The notes under the pieces: generated by a model
Databases searched by the model: none
Told to the model about the DNA's origin: nothing
Seen by the model: only the letters and a program-made list of their open reading frames with translations
Source of the DNA: a bacterium
Lineage (GTDB): Bacteria; UBA8248
Assembly: GCA_022828125.1 (NCBI GenBank)
Contig: JAJEJD010000019.1
Coordinates: forward strand, 78,875-142,874
Reading direction: 5' to 3'
DNA length: 64,000 nucleotides
Shown here: positions 45,462 to 53,860 of the stretch, piece after piece
Layout of the letters: each line of letters begins with the position of its first letter
How positions within the stretch are numbered: position 1 is the first letter of the stretch
Position numbers and translations under genes: made by a program

Positions 45462-46316
45462 TTAATACTCATCCGTCCAGCTTCTGCGGCGCTTCTCGCC
45501 GGCGTCACACGGCGGGACCGCCCTCGACACCAGGACAGGGCCTTCCTCCGTGATTCCCGGATCATGCGCCTGTTGCCGCCTCTCCCTCCCCGGCAGGCCG
45601 ACAATCTCCAGAATCAGTTTCCTCCTGATGGCGCGACCGAAAGACTTGAAGTCATTCGCGACCACCAGGAAAGAGCGCCGGCCCCCGATGACGCATTTCC
45701 TGTAATACAGATCCAGGTTCGGCATCGGCATTCTGCCCCAGGGACTCGGCCGGTTATTCACGATGGGAAGCCCGTTTATCGTCACGCCGGCCCGTACGGC
45801 CCTGTCCCGGGCATTCGTCACGTAGTCCCCGCTGTTGTTCGGCCCGTCGCCGGAAATGTCGATGGTGCGGCGCTCGCTCGAGAACCCGTTGTTCTCGAAC
45901 AGCGGCAGCGCGAACTCTATCGCGCCGCTTATCGACGTGTAGGGACCCACCCCCACCGGCGCCTGGGAGAGCAGGTAAGCGAACTCCTCGGCGCTCGCGC
46001 CGTCGTGAATCCGCTTCCAGCCCACGACGATCCTCTGAAAATCGAAGCCCGCCCACTCCATGTAGGTGACCGCAATGCTTTTGTGTCTTCCCGATTGGAT
46101 GGCGCGCAAGACAGACGGCGAGCGAAAGGCGTTCACGTACCCCATCCGCTGGAGTTTCCCCTCCTCCTCATCCACGCTCCCTGAGACATCGACCGCCAGG
46201 ACGAGTTCCAGATCCACGCTGACGGGAGCGGGCCACGCGAAACCCGCATGCAGGGAGAGCGCGAAAATGGTCAGGAAACCCGCCAGGCCGCACCGCACTC
46301 TCGAATAGCGCATCAT
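45462..46316 (-). CDS. DUF1194-family (VWA-like) secreted protein
   Basis: Start at MMRYSRV with signal peptide. LVLAVDVSGSVDEEE...ISGDGPNNSG...GVTINGLPI. 4-nt overlap with the TPR gene. Confidence 0.6.
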   Translation of the reverse strand: MMRYSRVRCGLAGFLTIFALSLHAGFAWPAPVSVDLELVLAVDVSGSVDEEEGKLQRMGYVNAFRSPSVLRAIQSGRHKSIAVTYMEWAGFDFQRIVVGWKRIHDGASAEEFAYLLSQAPVGVGPYTSISGAIEFALPLFENNGFSSERRTIDISGDGPNNSGDYVTNARDRAVRAGVTINGLPIVNNRPSPWGRMPMPNLDLYYRKCVIGGRRSFLVVANDFKSFGRAIRRKLILEIVGLPGRERRQQAHDPGITEEGPVLVSRAVPPCDAGEKRRRSWTDEY

Positions 46317-47329
46317 TTCTCTTTCAACACGCCGGCCGCGGATTCCAGTTCCAGGCGAATCTGCTCCATCAGGGAGGAATACATGTGTTTTTCGGTGAGC
46401 AATTCCCTGGTTTCCTCCTCCACGTCTTCCTGCTTCCCCAAGGCGTAATCGCAGCGAATCACGCGCCATTTGGAAAATTCGCGGTACAGGCCCGAAATCC
46501 CGTCTTTCGACTCTTTCAGCCGGGACAGCAGTTTCGCATATTCCGTCCGCGCGCGCGGGTAATCCTCGGCGATGAAAAAACTCTCCGCGTATGCAACGTC
46601 GTACAAGGCGTTCTTGGGATAGCGCGCGCGCAGGTACTCGACGTCCCCTCTCGCCTCCTTGAATTTCTTTGCCCTGTAGAGCGCCCAGATGAGGTCCAGC
46701 CGCGCCGTAATGGATATCCAGCCGCCTCCATCGACCGCGCGGCGCAGATAGGCTCTGCCCTTAGCGCTCGTATCGCCGACGAAAAACCGGAACATCCTCA
46801 CCCAGCTCTCGGTGCTGCCCCTGATGTGATAAATCCCCAGCCCGTAGTAGGCGTCGTGAATTTCCGGGTCGAGTTCGAGCGCCTTTTCGAGATGGTTCTG
46901 CATCGCGCCGGCCCGCAGGAACGCCGTGAGATAGCTGCTGCTGTCGAGCGCATCGACGATGCGCATGCCCTCCGTCAGACCGGCGAGGAGGAGCGCTCTC
47001 GTGTCTTCGGGGTTTTTCTCCAGCAATGCCTCGGAGAGGGCCATCGCCTTCTCGGCGTTCTTCCGCCAGGTCTCCTGATAATCCTCCCGCCGGATATGCC
47101 CTTTCAGGATGTGGAAAACGGACGCCTTGAAGAAATATCCCTCGGGACGCCCGGGCGCGGACGCTATCACCCGGTCGAACGAATGAGACGCCGCTGAATA
47201 ATCGCCCGCGGCGACCCGTTCGAGCCCTGCGTCAATCGATTTCACGTCCAAAGACGCGCCATGAGCGAGGTTCGCCGAAGCCGGGAAAACGACGATAAAA
47301 ATGAGTATTCTCGCGAAATGGGACGCCAT
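46313..47329 (-). CDS. Secreted TPR-repeat protein
   Basis: Signal peptide. Several TPR-like helix pairs. Confidence 0.6.
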   Translation of the reverse strand: MASHFARILIFIVVFPASANLAHGASLDVKSIDAGLERVAAGDYSAASHSFDRVIASAPGRPEGYFFKASVFHILKGHIRREDYQETWRKNAEKAMALSEALLEKNPEDTRALLLAGLTEGMRIVDALDSSSYLTAFLRAGAMQNHLEKALELDPEIHDAYYGLGIYHIRGSTESWVRMFRFFVGDTSAKGRAYLRRAVDGGGWISITARLDLIWALYRAKKFKEARGDVEYLRARYPKNALYDVAYAESFFIAEDYPRARTEYAKLLSRLKESKDGISGLYREFSKWRVIRCDYALGKQEDVEEETRELLTEKHMYSSLMEQIRLELESAAGVLKEK

Positions 47330-47466
47330 TGCTCCTCCGGTCATCAACGCGCGGGCAACCGGCCCTGAAACGGGCGGGCATCTGCGCGAACGACGGTTTG
47401 CCCGCGCTCGTGATTGGGCATATCGTAGTATCGGGGTACGGGTATTTCAACCATAGCGAGCCGGCC

Positions 47467-48795
47467 ATGCTGAACATAAAACCTCCCGAAGCGGCGATTC
47501 GGATCATCCGGGCACTTGAGGCCTCGGGCCACCGGGCGCTCCTGGCGGGCGGATGCGTGCGCGACGCCCTGCTCGGCTCCCCCCCGAAGGACTGGGACAT
47601 CGCCACCGACGCGGCGCCCGAAGCCGTGCAGGGCCTCTTCGAGAAGACCGTCGCGGTGGGAGCGCAGTTCGGCGTGGTGCTCGTTCGGGCGGGCGGCCAG
47701 GAGTTCGAGGTGGCCCGGTTCCGCGAAGACGGCCCCTACGGCGACGGGAGACACCCCGACTCGGTTCGCCCTTCGGATGAGAAAGGCGACGCGAACCGGC
47801 GCGATTTCACCATCAACGGGATGTTTTACGACGTATCGAACGATCAACTCCTCGATTACGTGGGCGGCCGGCGCGACCTGGGCGAGGGGATCATCCGGGC
47901 CATCGGCGAGCCGGCTCTCAGGTTCCGCGAAGATCATCTGCGCATGATGCGGGCGATCCGCTTCTCGGCGAGGTTCGGCTTCGCGATCGAGGCGGCGACC
48001 GCCGCCGCCATCGAAGCGGGTGCCGGGCTCATCGGGAAAATCAGCCCCGAGAGAATACGCGACGAACTGACGATAATCCTGACCCAGGCGAATTCCGATA
48101 CCGCTTTCGCCGCCCTCGATTCCTCGGGCCTCCTCGAACACGTCCTGCCCGAGGTCGCCGCCATGCGCGGGGTGGCCCAGCCGCCTGAATTTCACCCCGA
48201 GGGCGACGTGTGGACGCACGTGCTGGCCATGCTGCGCATCAAGAAACGCTCCGCCTCGCCGACGCTCGCCTGGGGCATACTGCTCCACGACGTCGGGAAA
48301 CCGGCGACTTTTACCGAGACGGACAGAATCCGCTTCAACGGGCACGACAAGGCCGGTGCGGCGATGAGCGAAGAGGTCTGCGGGAGGCTCCGCATGCCCA
48401 AAACGCAGGGGTCGAGAATCCGCGATCTGGTCGCCAACCACATGCGCTTCATGCACGTCGAGAAAATGCGCGAGAGCCGCCTCAAGCGCTTCCTGCGCGA
48501 GCCGTATTTCGAGGAGTTGCTCGAACTCCACCGCGTCGACTGCCTCGCGAGCCACGGGAACCTGAGGACCCATGAATTCTGCGCGCGGAAACTCGGGGAA
48601 ATTCACGAGGAGGCCCTGCGCCCGCCGCGCCTGCTGGGCGGCCACGAACTCATGGCGATGGGCTACCCGGCGGGGCCCGGGCTGGGGGAAATCCTCCTGG
48701 CGGTCGAGGATGCGCAGCTCGAAGGCCGCATCTCCACCGGGGAGGAGGCCCGGGAGTTCGCCCGGCGGCATTTTCCGCCTCCGGAGGGTTGTTGA
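47467..48795 (+). CDS. cca: CCA-adding tRNA nucleotidyltransferase with HD domain
   Basis: Start at MLNIKPPEAAIRII. Pol-beta NTase GGCVRD...DWDIAT, RDFTINGM, HD motif HDVGK. Confidence 0.85.
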   Translation: MLNIKPPEAAIRIIRALEASGHRALLAGGCVRDALLGSPPKDWDIATDAAPEAVQGLFEKTVAVGAQFGVVLVRAGGQEFEVARFREDGPYGDGRHPDSVRPSDEKGDANRRDFTINGMFYDVSNDQLLDYVGGRRDLGEGIIRAIGEPALRFREDHLRMMRAIRFSARFGFAIEAATAAAIEAGAGLIGKISPERIRDELTIILTQANSDTAFAALDSSGLLEHVLPEVAAMRGVAQPPEFHPEGDVWTHVLAMLRIKKRSASPTLAWGILLHDVGKPATFTETDRIRFNGHDKAGAAMSEEVCGRLRMPKTQGSRIRDLVANHMRFMHVEKMRESRLKRFLREPYFEELLELHRVDCLASHGNLRTHEFCARKLGEIHEEALRPPRLLGGHELMAMGYPAGPGLGEILLAVEDAQLEGRISTGEEAREFARRHFPPPEGC

Positions 48796-48823
48796 AATAG
48801 CCCGCCGCTGCGGGATTGTGGTT

Positions 48824-49012
48824 GCGCGCACGCTTTTGAAGTTCACTCCCCCCTTGAGGGGGAGTCGAGGAAGCCGAGCGGTTTGTGCGAAGGCTGACTC
48901 GGTGGGGGGTGAAATGCGTTTTATCGCCATCCGAATTATACCCCCCACCGGCGCGACTTCTGGCTTCGCCCTCGTCTTGCCGACTCCCCCTCAAGGGGGG
49001 AGTTGATTTCCT
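48824..49012. mobile_element. MITE-like palindromic element, family B (termini CACTCCCCCCTTGAGGGGGAGTC ... GACTCCCCCTCAAGGGGGGAGTG)
   Basis: Long imperfect palindrome. Same family at 50501-50654, 56528-56700, 56863-57080, 58608-58762 and flanking the DUF559 gene at 60358-60853. Confidence 0.7.
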
Positions 49013-49104
49013 TCTTTCCAGGTCGGCGGCTACCTTCAAAAGCGATTGATTGATCCGCGGACCCATCGGCGCTAGGATGGCGTGAATCCGCTTTCCGCAG
49101 ACCT

Positions 49105-49650
49105 TTGGACACCCCCATGACGCGAATCGCCATCATGACGGCGCCAGAACTCGAACTCTCGCTCAAGAGGATAGCCTCCGAGATGACCGAGGCGTGCGCG
49201 GCGGATAAGGACATCGCCCTCATCGGCGTGCTCACCCGGGGAGAACCGCTCGCGCGGCGCCTGGCGGGGCACATCGAAGAGATGGAGGGCGTCTCGCCGC
49301 CTCTGGGCGCACTCGACATCGGCCTCCACCGAGACGACGGCGGCCACCCCGCCGAGGGGCGCGGCTTCGAGCGCACCCTCATCGATTTCGACCTGACGGG
49401 CCGGGGCGTGTTCCTTATCGACGACGTCTTCTTCACGGGCAGGACGGCCCGCGCGGCCATCGACGCCCTGATGGAGCTGGGCCGCCCGCGCAAGATATGG
49501 CTCGCCGCCCTCATCGACCGGGGCCACCGCGAGCTCCCCTTCCGGCCCGACTTCATCGGCAAGAACGTGCCCACCGCGCTTGCGGAGCGCATCCGGGTGC
49601 GGACCCGCGAGGTCGACGGCGAGGACGGCGTCTGGCTGGAGCGGGAGTGA
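49105..49650 (+). CDS. pyrR: PyrR-like regulator / uracil phosphoribosyltransferase (second paralog)
   Basis: 181 aa. PRPP motif VFLIDDVFFTGRT. About 45% identical by eye to the operon-encoded PyrR. Confidence 0.75.
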   Translation: MDTPMTRIAIMTAPELELSLKRIASEMTEACAADKDIALIGVLTRGEPLARRLAGHIEEMEGVSPPLGALDIGLHRDDGGHPAEGRGFERTLIDFDLTGRGVFLIDDVFFTGRTARAAIDALMELGRPRKIWLAALIDRGHRELPFRPDFIGKNVPTALAERIRVRTREVDGEDGVWLERE

Positions 49651-49654
49651 GAGC

Positions 49655-49860
49655 AAATGCGGGCAAATGCGGGGTTGCGGAAAACGCTTTATTTTCCGGA
49701 ATTTCTTAATGTATTACTTTAGATACTTCCTGCAACGGGATGATTATATTTCCTGATTCCACGAATCCGCTTTTCGGTAATTTATCGAAAAACCCCGTGA
49801 ATTTACCGGAATTTATCGATATTTACCGTATTTTACGGGAAATATCATTACTTTCATTTC
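49655..49860 (+). repeat. AT-rich ~200-bp noncoding element, copy 2
   Basis: CAAATGCGGGCAAATGCGGGG then TTAATGTATTACTTTAGATACTTCCTGCAAC ... GGAATTTATCGATATTTACCGTATTTTACGGGAAAT. Collinear with copy 1. Confidence 0.55.
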
Positions 49861-50500
49861 CGCCTCGCTCCCGCATCCATGCGCGCCGCCCCCGGCGGGA
49901 AAAAGCCCTGTGGAGGGGTTGCCGGAGAAACTTCGTGATGGTTCTGTAGCAGGACAACCCAAAAGGGTTGTCCTGCCCTCCGTGGTTGTCCTTCGTCAGG
50001 ACAGGCACAGAGGCCACGGACAGGCGCAGGGGCCTGTCCGCTACGGGGTCGGTGGCCAAAACGATGAGCGATAGCGCGTTCACCGCCTCCACCCTCGCCC
50101 GTTCGCCCGGTTCCATCAGAAAGCCTCCTCTCCCCGGGGTTGTTGAAAAAGTCCATCGAGGAGGAAGTGACGCCTGCGCCTCCGCCCGGTTTCGGGTTTT
50201 GGCCGTCATTCCCTCACCTCTCGGCGGGGGGGAGGACACACAGTCAGACATATATGTCTGACCCCTACGGAACCATCGCGTCTTGACCCGTAGGGGCGGA
50301 CCTAAGTGTCCGCCCGCTCTCGAAACAGGGTTTCTCAACAACCCCTCCCCGGGGCGGTCGCTCCCGGTTGATCGAGCAGGGATCGCCGTTTCCCCGCTTC
50401 GCGCGCACGATAGCCGGGTACGCGATTTCACGGAGTACGGCAAATGCGGGGAAATGCGCGGCGCGCGAAGATCGCTCCCCACCGAGGAGAATTTCAAATC

Positions 50501-50654
50501 CACTCCCCCCTTGAGGGGGAGTCACAGAGGCCGAGCGGTTTGTGCGAAGGCCGATGTGGTGGGGGGACATGCCACAGAAAAACTCCCCCCACCGGTTCGG
50601 TTTCGGGCAAAATCCCCCTCACCTCACCGACTCCCCCTCAAGGGGGGAGTGAAT
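50501..50654. mobile_element. MITE family B copy
   Basis: Termini as in 48824-49012. Confidence 0.7.
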
Positions 50655-51069
50655 ATGAACCTCGTCTGAGGTAAAAACCCCGTCCCGCCGACGTTTGACG
50701 ACGCGCGGAACACCTTTTTATACTGAACGTCCACGAGAGTTTCAGGAGACCCTGATTTTTCACCCATGACAAGACCCGCACGTATGCGTGGGGCGATCCC
50801 GAGGAGGGATCGCCACCTGCAACAGCATCCCGACCGACCCGCAAGGATTTTTTCAACAGCCCCCTCAAGGGGGGAGTTGATCTTTTTTGCGGGGTGTTGC
50901 CTTTTCATACCCCCCTGTCAAGGGGGGGTAGGGGGGTTGCCTTTCGCGGCGCCTGGACGCTTGACGAGGCGCGACCCCTCTTTTCATCGGGATTCAATAC
51001 GATACCCGACAAGAGGAATGAGGGAGGGAACTGAAAATGTGCGGAGAACTCACCAGGGGAAAAGGCGCC

Positions 51070-51489
51070 ATGCGGATAAAGCGGTTCGCCATTGCCATGT
51101 TCTTGATGTTTCTGGCAGCGGGGTGTCAGGACGATGCGGATATCGCATCGTATAATCTGTCGAAGTCGGCGGACAATTTCGAGATCGACCGGAGAATCGT
51201 GTTCTACAACGGGATTACGGATACTTATATGTTGACAATCGAGGGGCGGTGCTCGATTGAGGATCAGGAGAACCAGCTTGAAGTTACATGCAAGCTGGGG
51301 AGCGACAGTTTCAAGAAACATTTTTTGGGGTTGAGCGATAATGTGACGTATTTTGCGGAGCAACTGGACACGGCGGACGTGAGCGTATTCCATCACCGGA
51401 TCACGTTCAAGCCTCGGCAGATTGTTCCGGATGTTGATTTAAGAAATAGTCCGGGAGAAATGATTCAGGATCGCCCGGAGAATAAATAG
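51070..51489 (+). CDS. Lipoprotein of unknown function
   Basis: MRIKRFAIAMFLMFLAAGCQ lipobox. Host-like codon usage, but sits in the repeat zone. Confidence 0.5.
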   Translation: MRIKRFAIAMFLMFLAAGCQDDADIASYNLSKSADNFEIDRRIVFYNGITDTYMLTIEGRCSIEDQENQLEVTCKLGSDSFKKHFLGLSDNVTYFAEQLDTADVSVFHHRITFKPRQIVPDVDLRNSPGEMIQDRPENK

Positions 51490-51535
51490 CGAAGCGGCGA
51501 GCGGGCGCGTTCGGCGCGCCCTCCCTCGCCTGAAA

Positions 51536-51738
51536 ACCAACCCCCCCTACCCCCCCGTGACAGGGGGGTATAAAAAGGCGACGCCCACCGCCGGACGCTC
51601 GCCACCGATAGAGGGGCTTTTGTTTTTTCTTACCTCCCTGATAAGGGGGGGATATAAAAAGGCGATGCGCTCCCACCGGGCTGAGGGGGGTTTGCTCTTT
51701 CTTACCCCCCTGTCAAGGGGGGGTAGGGGGGGTTGGTT
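51536..51738. mobile_element. Array of two to three MITE family A units
   Basis: Repeated CCCCCCTACCCCCCC-TGACAGGGGGG-TATAAAAAGGCGA units. Confidence 0.7.
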
Positions 51739-52077
51739 TTTCTCGGGGCAAGAGGGGTTCGTGCGGAAACACGCAAAAGAGGCGGCCCCCTTCACGGGAC
51801 CGCCTCCTTGAATCCATCCGTCCGGGCTTGCCAAACGCGCCCGAACCGCGTATTAAGTCAGCTGGGGGTTACTCATTATTCCCGTCCCAAACCGAGAGGA
51901 CTCAAACTCTGTAGCATGGGCCGGTACAATTTGCTCCCGACGATGTAGAGCAACCAATGAGTAACCCCCAAAGGTCACGCGTCCCTTCCCGGCAACCTGC
52001 CCTTTCCTGTTTCTGACTCGCTTATCAGGCCCGCCCCGGCCCCGGGTCAGGCCAGGAGCCAAAGGCGTCTTTCTTCG

Positions 52078-53718
52078 TTACCTGTTCGCCGCGAACGACC
52101 CGATCAAAGCCGCGCTTCCCGCCGGATTGCTCTGCTGCGTGGCGTAGAAGGTCCCCGCCACCGAACCGGGAGCCTCGGCCGAATACGTCGTCGTTACCGT
52201 TCTTTGCGGATCATTCGTATCAATCGTTTCCGTTTTCGTGGATCTTCTGTTTCTTATTCCGAAGAACTGGCCCTTCCAGTCGCCGCTGAAGGATTTGCCG
52301 TCGACCACGCCGACGGCTTCGCCCCCGAAAGCGGCTTCAATGGTAGTTCCAATTCCAAATTTAGGCTCCTGTAACTCGATGCTCCCCGCGATGGATTTCC
52401 CGGCAGCGACGATGTTGGTGACTGCACCCTCGATGCTTCCCGAACCCGTCCCGGCTGCGTTCTGGAACTCGGCAGTGAGCGTAACGTCCGCCTCGAAGTA
52501 GCTCATATTGCCGTCCGCGAGGTAGGCGCCGTTCGCATCTCCCCGGTAGGTCGCCGTCATATCCTTGTCTTCCGCGACGAAATCGGTAATTTGGTTTAAA
52601 GTTCCTGTATCACCGCAAACTCTGGTAACACCTGTGCCACCTGCCGGGTCACTTACATTTTCAATACCGGTACAGAAGTTCTGAGTGGTAGTGGGGATCG
52701 GTTGGCTCCCGTACGCGAACGCCTCTATCGCATTACTCTGGACCCAGATGCCCGCGAGCAGGTAGTCCGTGTCGGCCACGTCTGCCGTTGTATACCGCTC
52801 GTCGTCGGGCGTTCCCGTATCGTCTGCCAGCGTAGCCGTTCTCATTCTGACGTCGGCCCTCGTTTTCGTAATGTCCGTGTAGGCGTTAACGAGAATGGAG
52901 TTGTCGGCGTTTTTCAGATCGAAGCCGTTAGGAAGGCGGCCCGTTCCGCTGAGTTTCGGCGTCTTGCTGTTCGATGAAAGGGTATTTACCGTAACCCCGC
53001 GCTCACCAACGACTCTGTCCGCGCCGGTCCCGGTATCTTTGGGGTATGTAGCTACATTTCCTCCAGTAGCCTCACCTATAGTCAAGGGATCCGTATTAGT
53101 GTTCACCAGGTCTGCCAGAATCGCGTCATAAATGATCTTGTTCTCTCTCACGTGCTGGATAAGCCCGGAGCCGTTCGTCGCGAGTTCCTCGTCCCTTTGC
53201 TGTTGTTCGCGAAGGTTCGCCACCGCATTCACGGCGCTCAGGAGAGACGCCAATGATTGTTGGGCGCTTATCAGGTCGTTCAGCGCCGCTTGTGCGTCCA
53301 ACACCGCGCCTTCCGCCTGCGCTCCCGTGGTGGCCACGTTCGCCACGGCGCTCGCGGTTACGATGTCCGTCAGCGCGTTCCGCGCGGCGTCGCCGAGGGA
53401 GCCTGCGCTTGTAATCTGCGCCTCCGTGGCGTCGTCGTGGCCCTGCACGGCCGAAGCGTCCGAGCGCGCCAATCCCTCACGCGTCCGGGCGTCGGCGATG
53501 ATCCCCGCGAGCGTATCCAGCGCCGCTTCGATTCTTTCCTCATCCGTCGGCGGCGGATCCGTGCAGTTCGGGTACGTTCCGACCTGACCCTGCGGGCATT
53601 CCATCACCGGCGGCATCTCTTCCGCAGTACCGCCGCCACCGCCACCGCCGCAACCGGAGGCAAATGCCGCAATGCACACGACAAGTACCGCCAATCTAAA
53701 AAGCTTGAGCATTTCCAT
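52078..53718 (-). CDS. Surface lipoprotein with TbpB/fHbp-like C-terminal beta-barrel (paralog 1)
   Basis: Lipobox AAFASGCGGGGGGG. Ala-rich helical region. C-terminal GDWKGQFFG...AGTFYATQ...GSFAANR resembles TbpB-like lipoprotein C-lobe handle. Confidence 0.6.
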   Translation of the reverse strand: MEMLKLFRLAVLVVCIAAFASGCGGGGGGGTAEEMPPVMECPQGQVGTYPNCTDPPPTDEERIEAALDTLAGIIADARTREGLARSDASAVQGHDDATEAQITSAGSLGDAARNALTDIVTASAVANVATTGAQAEGAVLDAQAALNDLISAQQSLASLLSAVNAVANLREQQQRDEELATNGSGLIQHVRENKIIYDAILADLVNTNTDPLTIGEATGGNVATYPKDTGTGADRVVGERGVTVNTLSSNSKTPKLSGTGRLPNGFDLKNADNSILVNAYTDITKTRADVRMRTATLADDTGTPDDERYTTADVADTDYLLAGIWVQSNAIEAFAYGSQPIPTTTQNFCTGIENVSDPAGGTGVTRVCGDTGTLNQITDFVAEDKDMTATYRGDANGAYLADGNMSYFEADVTLTAEFQNAAGTGSGSIEGAVTNIVAAGKSIAGSIELQEPKFGIGTTIEAAFGGEAVGVVDGKSFSGDWKGQFFGIRNRRSTKTETIDTNDPQRTVTTTYSAEAPGSVAGTFYATQQSNPAGSAALIGSFAANR

Positions 53719-53738
53719 CAGTTGCCCCCTAAGGCTAC

Positions 53739-53765
53739 GCCCCCCTTCCAGGACGGAAGGGGGCG
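53739..53765 (-). terminator. Stem-loop (CCCCCCTTCC-AGGA-CGGAAGGGGG) downstream of the 53861-55588 lipoprotein gene
   Basis: Perfect 10-bp GC-rich stem about 100 nt after the stop. No clear U-tract. Confidence 0.4.
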
Positions 53766-53860
53766 GGCGGTTGAAACCAGCTTCCTGATTATCTTTTGCT
53801 TTGAGAAGCCCCGGCCCCGGGCGTCATGCCGACGCCCGAGACCTGAGGCGTGGTGCTCTG

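Noticed and set aside
48572-49006. ORFs reading through MITE copies (also 50283-50669, 56498-57079, 58495-58878, 56965-57303)
   Set aside because: Their sequences are dictated by G/C-run palindromes (PPLRGSR, TPPQGGS peptides recur in both orientations). These are repeat artefacts, not genes.
49655-49860. AT-rich elements as an origin of replication (DnaA boxes)
   Set aside because: No good TTATCCACA boxes and no dnaA/dnaN nearby. Three dispersed copies argue against oriC.
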